A stretch of 64,000 bases of DNA from a virus (lineage: Duplodnaviria > Caudoviricetes), in IMG/VR virus record IMGVR_UViG_3300026549_002532, positions 1-64,000 of that record. One strand, 5' to 3'. Below, one piece after another: positions 39,528 through 49,332 of the stretch. The notes under the pieces are model-generated. The model saw only the letters and a list, made by a program, of their open reading frames with translations. It did no database searches and was not told where the DNA came from. Position 1 is the stretch's first letter. The number at the start of each line of letters is the position of its first letter. The position numbers were made by a program, and so were the translations under genes.

Positions 39528-40231
39528 GTCGGTCCTTTGTAGCGGTTGCGTAATTCTTTCAATGTCATGGTGCCGTTTTCGCCGCGGTGGATCATCGAGT
39601 GGCAGTTGCTGCACAGCGGCACCAGGTCGGTGAGCGGGTTCACCTCATGCTCGCCGTCGTAGGTAGAGATAGGCTTCATGTGATGCACCTCAATGAAGCG
39701 TGTGCCGGCTTCGCCGTACAGCGCCTCGAAGTCCATGCCGCAGCACTGGCACTGGTAGCCGTAGTGGGCGAGGCAAGCCTTGCGCAGTTCTGGATTGCGC
39801 CAGGCTCGCTCCGTTTCGATATGTTTCTTCGTGCCCTCGGTCAGCTCACGGGGCTGTGGCTCGGGCGGTGCCGGTGGCGGTGTGGGTTTCGCCTTTTTCT
39901 TGGCGGGAAACTTCTCCTGGAAGTATTTCGTCTGCAAGAAAGCGGCGTACATCTTCAACGCTTGCGAGAGGCGGCTGCCGCTGGCGGTGTTCGCCTCACG
40001 CAAGGCGGGGTCGGTCTGCACACGCGAGCGAGCGTCTTCAAGTGCACGGCGGTCGCGGAGCGCATACACCTCGGCGCACTGCACGCCGAAGTAGATGCGC
40101 AGCACCTGCGGCAACTGCTGCTCGGCATACTCCATCAGGCCGTCCACATCGCCCGTGTGGGTCGCCTCCAAAAACTCACGGAACCTCGGGCGCAAGTTCT
40201 CAGCCGTGTATTTCTTTTCCTCGCTCGCCAT
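39497..40231 (-). CDS. HNH endonuclease (McrA-like)
   Basis: 'RNPELRKACLAHYGYQCQCC...IEVHHMKP...LVPLCSNCHSMIH'. Confidence 0.9.
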   Translation of the reverse strand: MASEEKKYTAENLRPRFREFLEATHTGDVDGLMEYAEQQLPQVLRIYFGVQCAEVYALRDRRALEDARSRVQTDPALREANTASGSRLSQALKMYAAFLQTKYFQEKFPAKKKAKPTPPPAPPEPQPRELTEGTKKHIETERAWRNPELRKACLAHYGYQCQCCGMDFEALYGEAGTRFIEVHHMKPISTYDGEHEVNPLTDLVPLCSNCHSMIHRGENGTMTLKELRNRYKGPTWEIATKMED

Positions 40232-40241
40232 GATAATTAAT

Positions 40242-41480
40242 TTATCGACATATTGCGTTTCGACAATTATTTATGATTTGTTTAATTTTATCATTATCCA
40301 ACCCCATAAATTTCAGAATGCAACAAAGCAAAAGAATACGTAGTTTCTTGAAATGCTGGAGCAATTCTCTACCGTCAACAACATTTTCTTTCTTTCCAAT
40401 TGGCAGAAGATGCGAATAATGATTTCTTGAATCTACAATTTCGTTTATTGCATCATCGCCAAAATCAACTTTGTTGATGCTATTAAATTCTGAACATAAA
40501 TTCCTCAAAATGATATTAAGTTTCTTATTATCTTCTATAAAGCGACAATAATAACCCTCAATGGCTTGAACAACGGCTAAAAAATTAGCACTAGAGAAGA
40601 CATGTGTGTTACCTATGCTAGATATGAGATGACTTCGTATTTGGTAAATATCTTTAGGTTCTTGAAACCATTTAGTAATTACTTTCTGATAATTATCTTC
40701 TAAGATTTTGTAATCAAAAAGATAATATTCACCATTTAATTTTGGCGAATATTCTTTTCTGAAAAAATTATGAAGTAGAATGATTTTAGAACTATTTTCT
40801 TCTTCACATAGGCTGATATTTTTACATTGCACCTGTGATAACGTTGCAATCGACAAAAATTGTTCAAATTGTCCATTTATATTCAAAACTTCTTGTATGC
40901 TAATTTTGTCATCAGGCTTTATAATGAAATCCGTCCTTTGCTCGACAATCATTCGCACTCGTTGTCTTTCTGTATTTAACAGCGCTTTTGGTTGTAGCGT
41001 AATCGAAACAGTATCGACTTTTGTCGTAATAGCAAAGTTGTCATCGTAGTTATTTGTGATTCTGTCCCACGTTTGGTTATCCTTCAAAAAATAAGATATT
41101 ATACTCGGGCAATACCAAAGTGAAAGTTCATCAAATTGCACAGTTGCTTTAGTGAAAACCATTTCCTCTAAAGAATCAATGTGCTTGCCTATAATTACAT
41201 AACAAACACTAAATTTTAATAAAGAGAATGAGCAATTTGAATGCCATGATAATGAAGAAAAGCAATCTATTAAAGTGATGTCTTTACCATCTGAAGACTC
41301 TCCCCAGATTATGGGTTGCCGTCTATCAGAATTAAACATTGCTAAGTCATCGTCATAAAAACTGCCGATGAGCTCAAGCTTAATAGATTCAGTTGGTATA
41401 TAATTCACTATTCCCGCAATTTTTTTATCTTCGTTGTCGGGAAGCCACCAAATACCTCTTATCTCGATTTGTTCTGTCAT
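40242..41480 (-). CDS. ApeA-like HEPN domain anti-phage protein
   Basis: N-terminus 'IRGIWWLPD...GIVNY...KLELIGSF' (ApeA NTD) and HEPN RX4H motif 'RNHYSH'; AT-rich. Confidence 0.75.
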   Translation of the reverse strand: MTEQIEIRGIWWLPDNEDKKIAGIVNYIPTESIKLELIGSFYDDDLAMFNSDRRQPIIWGESSDGKDITLIDCFSSLSWHSNCSFSLLKFSVCYVIIGKHIDSLEEMVFTKATVQFDELSLWYCPSIISYFLKDNQTWDRITNNYDDNFAITTKVDTVSITLQPKALLNTERQRVRMIVEQRTDFIIKPDDKISIQEVLNINGQFEQFLSIATLSQVQCKNISLCEEENSSKIILLHNFFRKEYSPKLNGEYYLFDYKILEDNYQKVITKWFQEPKDIYQIRSHLISSIGNTHVFSSANFLAVVQAIEGYYCRFIEDNKKLNIILRNLCSEFNSINKVDFGDDAINEIVDSRNHYSHLLPIGKKENVVDGRELLQHFKKLRILLLCCILKFMGLDNDKIKQIINNCRNAICR

Positions 41481-41487
41481 CGTCTTT

Positions 41488-42453
41488 TTATAGTTTCTTG
41501 ATAATAGGCTTAAAGAACTTGATAAAACGCTCGGTATAGTCCTTATACCAAACGAATATATCTTGATACTGTTTGGGGTCGGTGAAGTCGCTATTCAAGC
41601 GATAAAGGTCAATGCTTGATGTCTTTTTGCCATCAAGTCGCCGCCAATCAAGGGTAGCACCTATTGATGCTTCGGCATTTTCCTTATGTGTTAGCAGGGC
41701 ATCAAAAAATTTCTTGTCCGGGTCATCAGAAATCCACAGTTGTATGGCAACTTTATTCTCTCTTGAATTTACAGTGAGATTGATTTGGAAATTGGCACGG
41801 CCTATTGCTATGCTCATCCAATGGTCGCGTGACGGACGGTGTGGGCGGAAATGACTTGATGGATTGTTGTCCATAAATTCCCTGAAAGCAGTCCAAAAGC
41901 TCAATTTGGCATTTTGCCCATCAGTATAGTTGTCTGATGCGTTTTTGGTTGAATTCCGCACATCTCTTGACCAGTCGTTGGGCTTGGCGATGACATTAAA
42001 TCTCGGTGCCACATCGCCACTTGTACCAATCTTCAATAGTTGGATTTCAATGCCGAAGAAATTGAAGTCACTATCGGTGATGCGGTTGAGCCAGTCGATG
42101 GCGGCACGGTGTTCCTCGGTGAATCGCTCGGCAATCCAGATGATGGTCACAGCATCAAGACCGGCAGCATAGGTGAGGATTTGTCCGAGGTGGTTGTGGT
42201 CAGTTTTTTCAAGTTGGTTCTCGATGAGAACATAGTGGTCATTGCTGGAGTCCTTGCATAAAATGTCGGCACGGAAAGGTCCGACAGGTTTCTCCTGCGA
42301 TTCAACCACAAGTTCCGACAGACCGATTGACTCGGCAAGTTGAGCGATATTCTTTTCCTCGGCAAGCCACGGAGTGAAGTCGCTCGCCTCATTGTCCCAG
42401 CAGTCTCGCAAAGGAACAATCTCTATATTTGATAAATTCAGTTTCGTTGCCAT
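41488..42453 (-). CDS. NucS-like PD-(D/E)xK endonuclease fused to DUF4268
   Basis: 'EASDFTPWL', 'GPFRADIL', 'IENQLEKTDHNHLGQILTYAAG'. Confidence 0.8.
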   Translation of the reverse strand: MATKLNLSNIEIVPLRDCWDNEASDFTPWLAEEKNIAQLAESIGLSELVVESQEKPVGPFRADILCKDSSNDHYVLIENQLEKTDHNHLGQILTYAAGLDAVTIIWIAERFTEEHRAAIDWLNRITDSDFNFFGIEIQLLKIGTSGDVAPRFNVIAKPNDWSRDVRNSTKNASDNYTDGQNAKLSFWTAFREFMDNNPSSHFRPHRPSRDHWMSIAIGRANFQINLTVNSRENKVAIQLWISDDPDKKFFDALLTHKENAEASIGATLDWRRLDGKKTSSIDLYRLNSDFTDPKQYQDIFVWYKDYTERFIKFFKPIIKKL

Positions 42454-42457
42454 AGAT

Positions 42458-43237
42458 TCATATTTTATTCATGTCTATACTAATGCCTGCATTTTTCATC
42501 TCTTTTGCAAGTTGAAATTTCCATGAGTCATTTTTATCTATTGAGACATATAAAACACCTGAAAGATCACTGGGAATTTCAACACCATCTTGCACAAGTG
42601 CGCAAACTCTGTTGCGACCTAATCTTGCATAAAGATACCCATGCTCAAAAATCACATTTTGGCGTGCACGAGGCTTCAATGTTGCATTATCTTCATTGAC
42701 AGAACCTCTATCGCAATTAGTGTATATTACAACTCCAAAATCAGCATCTGACAATTCTTCAAATTTCTCAATTATGGTTTTACCAGAATTAGGTTGCTCT
42801 TTTAGAATTATAGGTTCGCACTCCAACTTTTCAAGAAAACGTGCAACTTTCTCAATATACTCTTCATTGTGTCCATGAACAATGAAGACTTTTGTTGTTC
42901 CAGTTGAGTTTTTTATAGGGGAACTTTTAACTTCCACGGAATCAACAATTTTATTTAACGCATTTAATATGCCTAAAATTTCTTGAATAATTTGAGGACG
43001 ATAGCAGTATTTTTCAAACCTTACAAATAGGTCTCTAACTTCTTGCTCATAAGAACCTACCTTGATACAAGATAAATAAAGATTAACAAGTCCTTTCCAA
43101 TCTGCATAAGCCTTGCTATCTTTCAAAGTATAAGCCGTGTATGTTCTAATGACACCTCTTTGTGGAGGAACAAAAGAAATACCTTCACGAATTTCATCAC
43201 CTGTACGAATAAGTTCGTCTAATGTAATATTACTCAT
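42458..43237 (-). CDS. TIR-like domain protein (CAP12/PycTIR family)
   Basis: 'KVFIVHGH', 'GKTIIEKFE', 'RARQNVIFEHG', 'IPSDLSGV'. Confidence 0.85.
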   Translation of the reverse strand: MSNITLDELIRTGDEIREGISFVPPQRGVIRTYTAYTLKDSKAYADWKGLVNLYLSCIKVGSYEQEVRDLFVRFEKYCYRPQIIQEILGILNALNKIVDSVEVKSSPIKNSTGTTKVFIVHGHNEEYIEKVARFLEKLECEPIILKEQPNSGKTIIEKFEELSDADFGVVIYTNCDRGSVNEDNATLKPRARQNVIFEHGYLYARLGRNRVCALVQDGVEIPSDLSGVLYVSIDKNDSWKFQLAKEMKNAGISIDMNKI

Positions 43238-45750
43238 TTATTCCATTGATTGAATGTGGGATTCGATAAACTCTTGCTCAAACATATCAAGGCCATACTT
43301 CAAATAGAGCTGGCGGTCGATGTCTGATATTGACCGTGACCAGTCTATATCAGAGTTGTCTGTGAAGTCCTGAATTGGAACATATGCCCATACAGCTGGT
43401 GGGGTATGTTGCGTGATTTTTAAGGTACCCACTAGGCATCTTAAAAATTTAGTTCTTAGATATTTCGCGCAATTAATCGCCTCTTTTTCTGTGTCAAAAG
43501 CACCAATACTAATAAATGTTGATGTGGCAGAATCCCCTGGCTTACCAATTTCAGACTTGCCAATTATTCGTGCTGGCACTGGATTGCCTACAGTTCCAGC
43601 GGCTCCGTCTGCCTCAGAAATAAAGACTTTATGTTTTTCTATATTGTTGTTTTTAGGATAACGAGGAGATAAGTATTTTCTAAAAACATATTTCCAAACA
43701 CGATTAGAGCCAACAAGACCTAAAATGCGATAAAAATCACTTTCATTATCAACAATATCATGAAATACGTATGGCAGGGCTTCAATCGTTGATGTTTTAA
43801 GCTCGTATTCCTCGTTCGGACCTAATTCAGTTACGGCAGGGCGTTTAGATTGAATGTATCTTAAGCGATCCATTGCGCTGTTCGGAAAATCAGTCAAAAA
43901 AATGTCATTAAATTTTAAATCAGATCTTCCTCCAAACACTAATGATTTAAGACTCTCCGAATCTTTGAGATCAAATTTTGAAGCAATTCCTCTTAGAGTA
44001 TCATTTGGGAGAAATTTTTTTATAGGGGAGTATTGAGCATTTGCATTGCGCAAAATGATTACAATACCGCCATTAATACTCACACTTGGGAAACAAACGC
44101 TTGAGTCTTGAGAAAAAAATGCAACTCTAAGATGAGGATCGTTTAACATTTTTTGATTCCATATTGCAGGTGTAAGACCTGCATTAAATAAGAATCTAGC
44201 TGGCGAAATCAGAGTATATAAATCGCACAATGCTTCAGCCAAATTATAGAAATAATGATAAACTGGAGCTTGGCGATTATTTACATTATTAGTTTCTTGA
44301 TATGGTGGGTTGCCCACTACAGCATCAAAATTTATCATAGCTTTACTTGTTGTGCCATTCCAATATCCGAGAGACTTAATTGCTGCTACAAGACCGTCTT
44401 TGTCTGTTTTGGCACGTTCAATTAGTTTATCTGCTTTAATATTTAGTTTTTTGTCAGGTTCACGGAAGCCCATAAGGGTGCGACGTGTGATGCTCGCCGC
44501 CATCGGGGTGTTGCAAATCACGTAGATGTTTTTGCCCACCACGTCGTCCCACGCGGCTTGCTCCTCGCCAACCGAGAGGTTGTCGATGGGGTTGTCAAGC
44601 AAGCCCACCTCCTCGTAATACTTCAACAGGCGGCGGTACATCGTGTAGGTGACATAGAGCGGATAAAGCCCCGTCTTGGAATTAATCTCCAGCACACGCG
44701 AGGCGATGCCTTCGCCCTCGGCAATCTTGTGGAACACGTTCTCGGTCACGTCGCCGTGGTCCACAAAGCGAGGCTCGGTGGTGTCGATAAACTCGACCAC
44801 GTTGCCGTCCTCGTCGAGCACGGCTCGCTGGTTGTCGCCGTCGAACTTCTCGTTGAAGAAACAGTAGCCGCCCAATGTGTCGCTCATGTGCATATTCACC
44901 ACGCGCCACGGGGTGAGCACCGTCTCCTTGTCGGGATTGTGGAAGGTAGAGAATATCCAGGCGATGCGCTTGATGCGGTCGTCGATGTGCATCGAGTCGG
45001 CCTCACGGGCAAGGGCACGGATGCGCTTGCCGGCAGCGGTGAACACCGCCGGATTGTAGCACTTCTTGAACTGGTTGAACTTTTGCTTGGTCACGCCACG
45101 GGGCATGAACTCTTCCCATGAGGCGGGATCGACCAGCGATGTGAAGTTGTCGATGGTGATGCCGGTGTCCTCGTCGTCGAGCTTGGCACCGTAGATGAGC
45201 AGCGGTATGCGCAGCGAGATGCCGCGCAAGATGGTGATGCGCTTGTCGCGCTCGTCGCGTTTTTTCTTCTTCTCGGCACGCTCACGCTCCAGCTCGGCAC
45301 GTTCCTCGGGCGTAAGATCTGCTTCAGCTTCCTTGCCTTTCTTGCGAGCCTCACGCATCTTCTGGCGGATTTCGGCACGCTTTTCTTCCAATTTCTTGCG
45401 TTGCTCAGGGGTGAGGTTGTCAATATCCAGGGCCGAAGCCTTTTTGGGCTTTTCCATGTTGGTAGTCTTGGCAATCTCAGCTCCCAGCTCATTCAGCTCT
45501 TTCAACTCGTCGCCGGCGATGTCGAGCAATGCGTCCACATCGTAGAGGCTGGTGTCGTTGAAGCCGTTGCGCACCACGCGGTCAACATAGACCTGCTGCA
45601 AGCGACCGAACAGTTCTTCGGCATCATAATCCACCATCTTGCCACCTTTCAGCGAGATGACGTTGCAATATTGCAGGAACTCATCCATGTTGAGGATGTC
45701 CTGCTGCCTGTCGGTGGTGGTGGCGCTGCGCTTCTCCTTTTGGGTGAGAG
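43238..45750 (-). CDS. Eco57I-type N6-adenine methyltransferase/TRD half of a frameshifted helicase-MTase fusion
   Basis: 'VLEINSKTGLYP' (motif I) and 'FDAVVGNPPYQ' (motif IV); joins the helicase ORF via a frameshift near 45750. Confidence 0.8.
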
Positions 45751-47204
45751 GCGAATTTTGCGGTCTCGGCGATGGCATTGAGGGTGCGCTCAGGCGCGAA
45801 GTCGAAGACGTAGCACTCGGTCTTCATCTTGCCCTCGCTGTTGATGTAGGGCGACTGCACACGGAAGATGGTCTGCATATAAGTGGCCGCCGAAGTGGTG
45901 TCGCTGCCTTTCATGTAGAAGACGGCAGTCCACGGTTTCACGGTCACGCCGGTAGTCAGGCGACCGCAGGAGATGGTGATGGTGCTGGTGGCTTCGGGGC
46001 GGTCGCCGATGGCACTAAGCACCGCGTCGAGGGCGTTGGAGCGTGTCTCGTCGTCATCACCGTCACCAGCCACATTCTTGATGGTGAAACGCTTGAAAAT
46101 GCGGTGCTTTTCGAGCAACGCTTTCATGGCCTTGGCCTCTTTAACGCCCGGCACGACCCACAGGGTGTGACGGAAGCTACGACGGAAGGCATCAGTTGAA
46201 TAAGGATAGTTGTTGCTATCGTCTTTTGTGCAAAGCAAGTCAAGGAACGAAAGTACATCGTCCTCATGTACGAAACGGCCTACATGTTCGGGCGAAGGAA
46301 GATCTGCGAGGTCTGCTTTCTTGTTGCCCGTCCACACACGGAAAAACTCACTAAACTTGAACGTCTGACCCTCCTCAACATAGCCGCTGACGAGCTTACC
46401 GAGGTCATAGGTGTATATGTTCATACGCGGCAGTTCAGCGTAGGGGTTGGGTTCGCCCGGGTACTTCTTGTCCCACTCGCGTTTGGCTCGCTGTTCCTTG
46501 GTGTAGTCCCAAGTGTAGATTTCGCTGTCCTCGAAGTCCTCGTAGAGGTTGAACGGCGTGCCCGAGAGGTGGAGCAACTTGGTGCGCTCTTTGGTGAGCC
46601 ATTGGTCAATCACTCGCTTGCCAAGCGCGGTGCGCGTGCCCTCGTGCGCCTCGTCCACCACAACCAGGTCCCAGTTGGTTTTGAGGATGTCCTGTTTCAA
46701 CTGCTCATCGTTGTCGCCGCCAACGAGCGTGGAACGGCGCAGGTACTGCATCGACACGAAGAACACCAGGCGGCATTTGCCGTCGGTCACACGGCGATTG
46801 AGGCTGTAGAAGTCGCCGCTCGACTCATCATCGGTGCGTGTGGCATAGCGATAGTCGGTGCCATCGAAGATTTTCTTGAAATCCTCGTGCCAGCCCTTAT
46901 CCACCACGGGGCGGTGGGTGACGATGAGCGTGCGCTTCACGCCCATGCGCCGTGCCAGTTCAAGGGCGCACAGTGTCTTGCCGAAGCGCATCTTGGCGTT
47001 CCACAAGAACTGGCGGAACTTGTCGAGCGGAGTGTAGGTGCGGTCTTCACTTCGGCCTGTGCTGGTGCAGAACTGCCTCAACGCTTTAGTGATGGCCTCA
47101 ACCTGCTCGGGTCGAAACTCGATGGCTTCAACGGTCTCGTCGCCAAACAAGCTGTCGCTCTTGGGTTTGCCTTGATATTGTCCAAACGTTTGATATGTTT
47201 CCAT
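45681..47204 (-). CDS. ResIII-type SF2 helicase, N-terminal half of the fusion
   Basis: 'NAKMRFGKT', 'VVDEAH', 'LSGTP', 'QTIFRVQ'; ends in nonsense-like residues after the frameshift. Confidence 0.8.
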   Translation of the reverse strand: METYQTFGQYQGKPKSDSLFGDETVEAIEFRPEQVEAITKALRQFCTSTGRSEDRTYTPLDKFRQFLWNAKMRFGKTLCALELARRMGVKRTLIVTHRPVVDKGWHEDFKKIFDGTDYRYATRTDDESSGDFYSLNRRVTDGKCRLVFFVSMQYLRRSTLVGGDNDEQLKQDILKTNWDLVVVDEAHEGTRTALGKRVIDQWLTKERTKLLHLSGTPFNLYEDFEDSEIYTWDYTKEQRAKREWDKKYPGEPNPYAELPRMNIYTYDLGKLVSGYVEEGQTFKFSEFFRVWTGNKKADLADLPSPEHVGRFVHEDDVLSFLDLLCTKDDSNNYPYSTDAFRRSFRHTLWVVPGVKEAKAMKALLEKHRIFKRFTIKNVAGDGDDDETRSNALDAVLSAIGDRPEATSTITISCGRLTTGVTVKPWTAVFYMKGSDTTSAATYMQTIFRVQSPYINSEGKMKTECYVFDFAPERTLNAIAETAKFASHPKGEAQRHHHRQAAGHPQHG

Positions 47205-47215
47205 ACTTCCGTTTA

Positions 47216-48313
47216 TTATTTGTTTACCTTTTTACTTTTATTCTCGTTGATCACGTCGAGGAATTTCTGCTGACGTGTTCCTTTGTCCTTGAAACTTTGG
47301 TTGGTCAGATTGTCACGATGCAGGTCAATCTTTCCGATAAAGTCCTTGATGCGGCACAGCCGCTCACGGGGCTTGATGTTCTCGGGTTTCAGGGCTTCGA
47401 GGACATCTTCGTCGGGGAACAGGCTTGCCGACTGCTCGGCCTTGATTTTCTTAATCTCAGCATCGGTCTTTTCGGTCGGGTCGTAGCCCGGCAAGCCGTA
47501 TTTCAAGCCGTCCATCTGCCACAAGTTCCACGAAATGATATAGGCCGCGCCTTTCATTTCGCCCTCGCCAAGCAGCGTGTCGAACTTGTCGAAGTAAAAC
47601 TCCATAAAGGTGACAAACAACGCCTCGCGAGCGAGGAGCAGGTTGTCGCCTTGCCACTCGAAGCCGTAGGTGGCACGCAGGGCAATCTTTGCCCACAGCA
47701 GCCACTCGGCAGAGGTGGTGGTGTTCTGCCCCACAACAATAAGCTTGCGGTCGAGCAAGCCGATGCGGTGGCGCAGGTTGCGGATGGGTTCACCGCTCAC
47801 GGTGTCGTAGCGGCTCACGAGGTACGGGGCTTCACCGCAGGTGATTTCAATACGGCGTGCGGCGACGTAATCTTTCCACGTCTTGCCCTCGGTGTCGGGG
47901 AACACGATGTCGCCCTCGGTTTCAATCCACTCATGGGGATTGTCGGGGTCAGGGCGGTTGAACACGTCGGGGCGCCCGAACCACGCCTCATCGACGAGGT
48001 TGTTCTGTGCGTTGCACACCCACGATGGGGTGAACACCTCGGCCTTGTCCTTGACGCGCCGCGTCTGTTCTTCGAGCGACTTGCGGGCGCGAGGGCGCAC
48101 AATTTCGCCATTGTCGCCAGTGACTGCCTCAATGGTGATGGGGTCGGAAAAACCATAACCGGCTCCTCGCTCGGCGTAGGAGTCGGTTGCCCAATAGATG
48201 TTCTCTTGGGTGGTATGGTCTTTGAGAAGCCGCTGAAAACTTTCGGGATAGTTTTCGGCTAACCAGTTCTCTCGGATGTCAACAGGTATGTCTAATGGTT
48301 TCTTTTTCGCCAT
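47216..48313 (-). CDS. R-M associated methyltransferase-like protein (SAM-binding half)
   Basis: 'AEVFTPSWV', 'EITCGEAPY', 'YGFEWQGDNL'; no NPPY motif. Confidence 0.7.
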   Translation of the reverse strand: MAKKKPLDIPVDIRENWLAENYPESFQRLLKDHTTQENIYWATDSYAERGAGYGFSDPITIEAVTGDNGEIVRPRARKSLEEQTRRVKDKAEVFTPSWVCNAQNNLVDEAWFGRPDVFNRPDPDNPHEWIETEGDIVFPDTEGKTWKDYVAARRIEITCGEAPYLVSRYDTVSGEPIRNLRHRIGLLDRKLIVVGQNTTTSAEWLLWAKIALRATYGFEWQGDNLLLAREALFVTFMEFYFDKFDTLLGEGEMKGAAYIISWNLWQMDGLKYGLPGYDPTEKTDAEIKKIKAEQSASLFPDEDVLEALKPENIKPRERLCRIKDFIGKIDLHRDNLTNQSFKDKGTRQQKFLDVINENKSKKVNK

Positions 48314-48324
48314 ATTTTATATTG

Positions 48325-49323
48325 TTATCTCATGCCTAAGCGTTCCATTTCGAACACCATTCCAAAGATGTACATTGCTTGCATGAACTCCAGAGTTTCA
48401 TCACTATGATAGAAATTGTTTTTGTCAATTTTATCCTCAGAGTGTAATAATGCTAATGCTTGGAACTGCGCATTCAATTTTTTAGCGGCCTCGGTGTCAT
48501 AGCCAATTCCAATTATGTCAAGCACATATTCGTCCATGGCATAAACTCCACGAGGCTCAAGTAGAGTTTGAGGTATGCCCTTTTTTTGCAAGCTATCCCA
48601 GTCAATATGCCAATGATATACTGCTCCAATACCTGCATAGATAGGCCACAGGTACCATACTAAAGGGAATAATGCGTCTTTATGGGTTTTTCCACGTTCC
48701 AATAGTTCTTGCCTTAATGCTAAACAAGTGCGTTTCTTTTCGACCATTATCTCTGGAATATGGGGCATTTTCTCGTTAGGCTCGAGAATTCCCATTCTTC
48801 TTGCTTCAGAGATAATGTTCATAGCCATTGCTATATCATTGTCGCGACGTTTGATTTTGCCAGATTCTTGAGCTTCGCGAACAGATTGTCTCAACACTTC
48901 TGCCTCTTTGCTATCTCCCACATTATTCTTGAAGATGTCGCAGAATTGAAATGCCTCTTCAAAATGCCCCATATTTTTGTATGAGGCGATAACGCCTCTA
49001 ATGGCATTAGCATAGTTGTTGTCCAGCTGATATGCCATAAGAAAGGCTTTGTTTGCCTCGATATGGTTGCCTTGTTGCCCATATATAGAAGCCATATTGA
49101 CCCAAGACTCTTTGTAGTCTGGGGCGATTGAAAGTGATTCGTTGAAGAGGGCTATTGCATCATCAAGCTGTCCAATTTGCAATGCACTAACTGCCAATGT
49201 GTGGCACCAAATTGGGCAGGATTTATCACATTCTTGTGGGCATGAGTCTCCTGGGCAATCTATTTGTCCATCAGAGTCACGCCAACAAACGCCTTTTTTC
49301 TTTAAGAAATCAAATAATCCCAT
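48325..49323 (-). CDS. Tetratricopeptide repeat protein
   Basis: TPR-like helices 'AIALFNESLSIAPDY..SWVN.ASIY...G...EA...F..AYQLD'; AT-rich. Confidence 0.7.
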   Translation of the reverse strand: MGLFDFLKKKGVCWRDSDGQIDCPGDSCPQECDKSCPIWCHTLAVSALQIGQLDDAIALFNESLSIAPDYKESWVNMASIYGQQGNHIEANKAFLMAYQLDNNYANAIRGVIASYKNMGHFEEAFQFCDIFKNNVGDSKEAEVLRQSVREAQESGKIKRRDNDIAMAMNIISEARRMGILEPNEKMPHIPEIMVEKKRTCLALRQELLERGKTHKDALFPLVWYLWPIYAGIGAVYHWHIDWDSLQKKGIPQTLLEPRGVYAMDEYVLDIIGIGYDTEAAKKLNAQFQALALLHSEDKIDKNNFYHSDETLEFMQAMYIFGMVFEMERLGMR

Positions 49324-49332
49324 AATTCCAGT

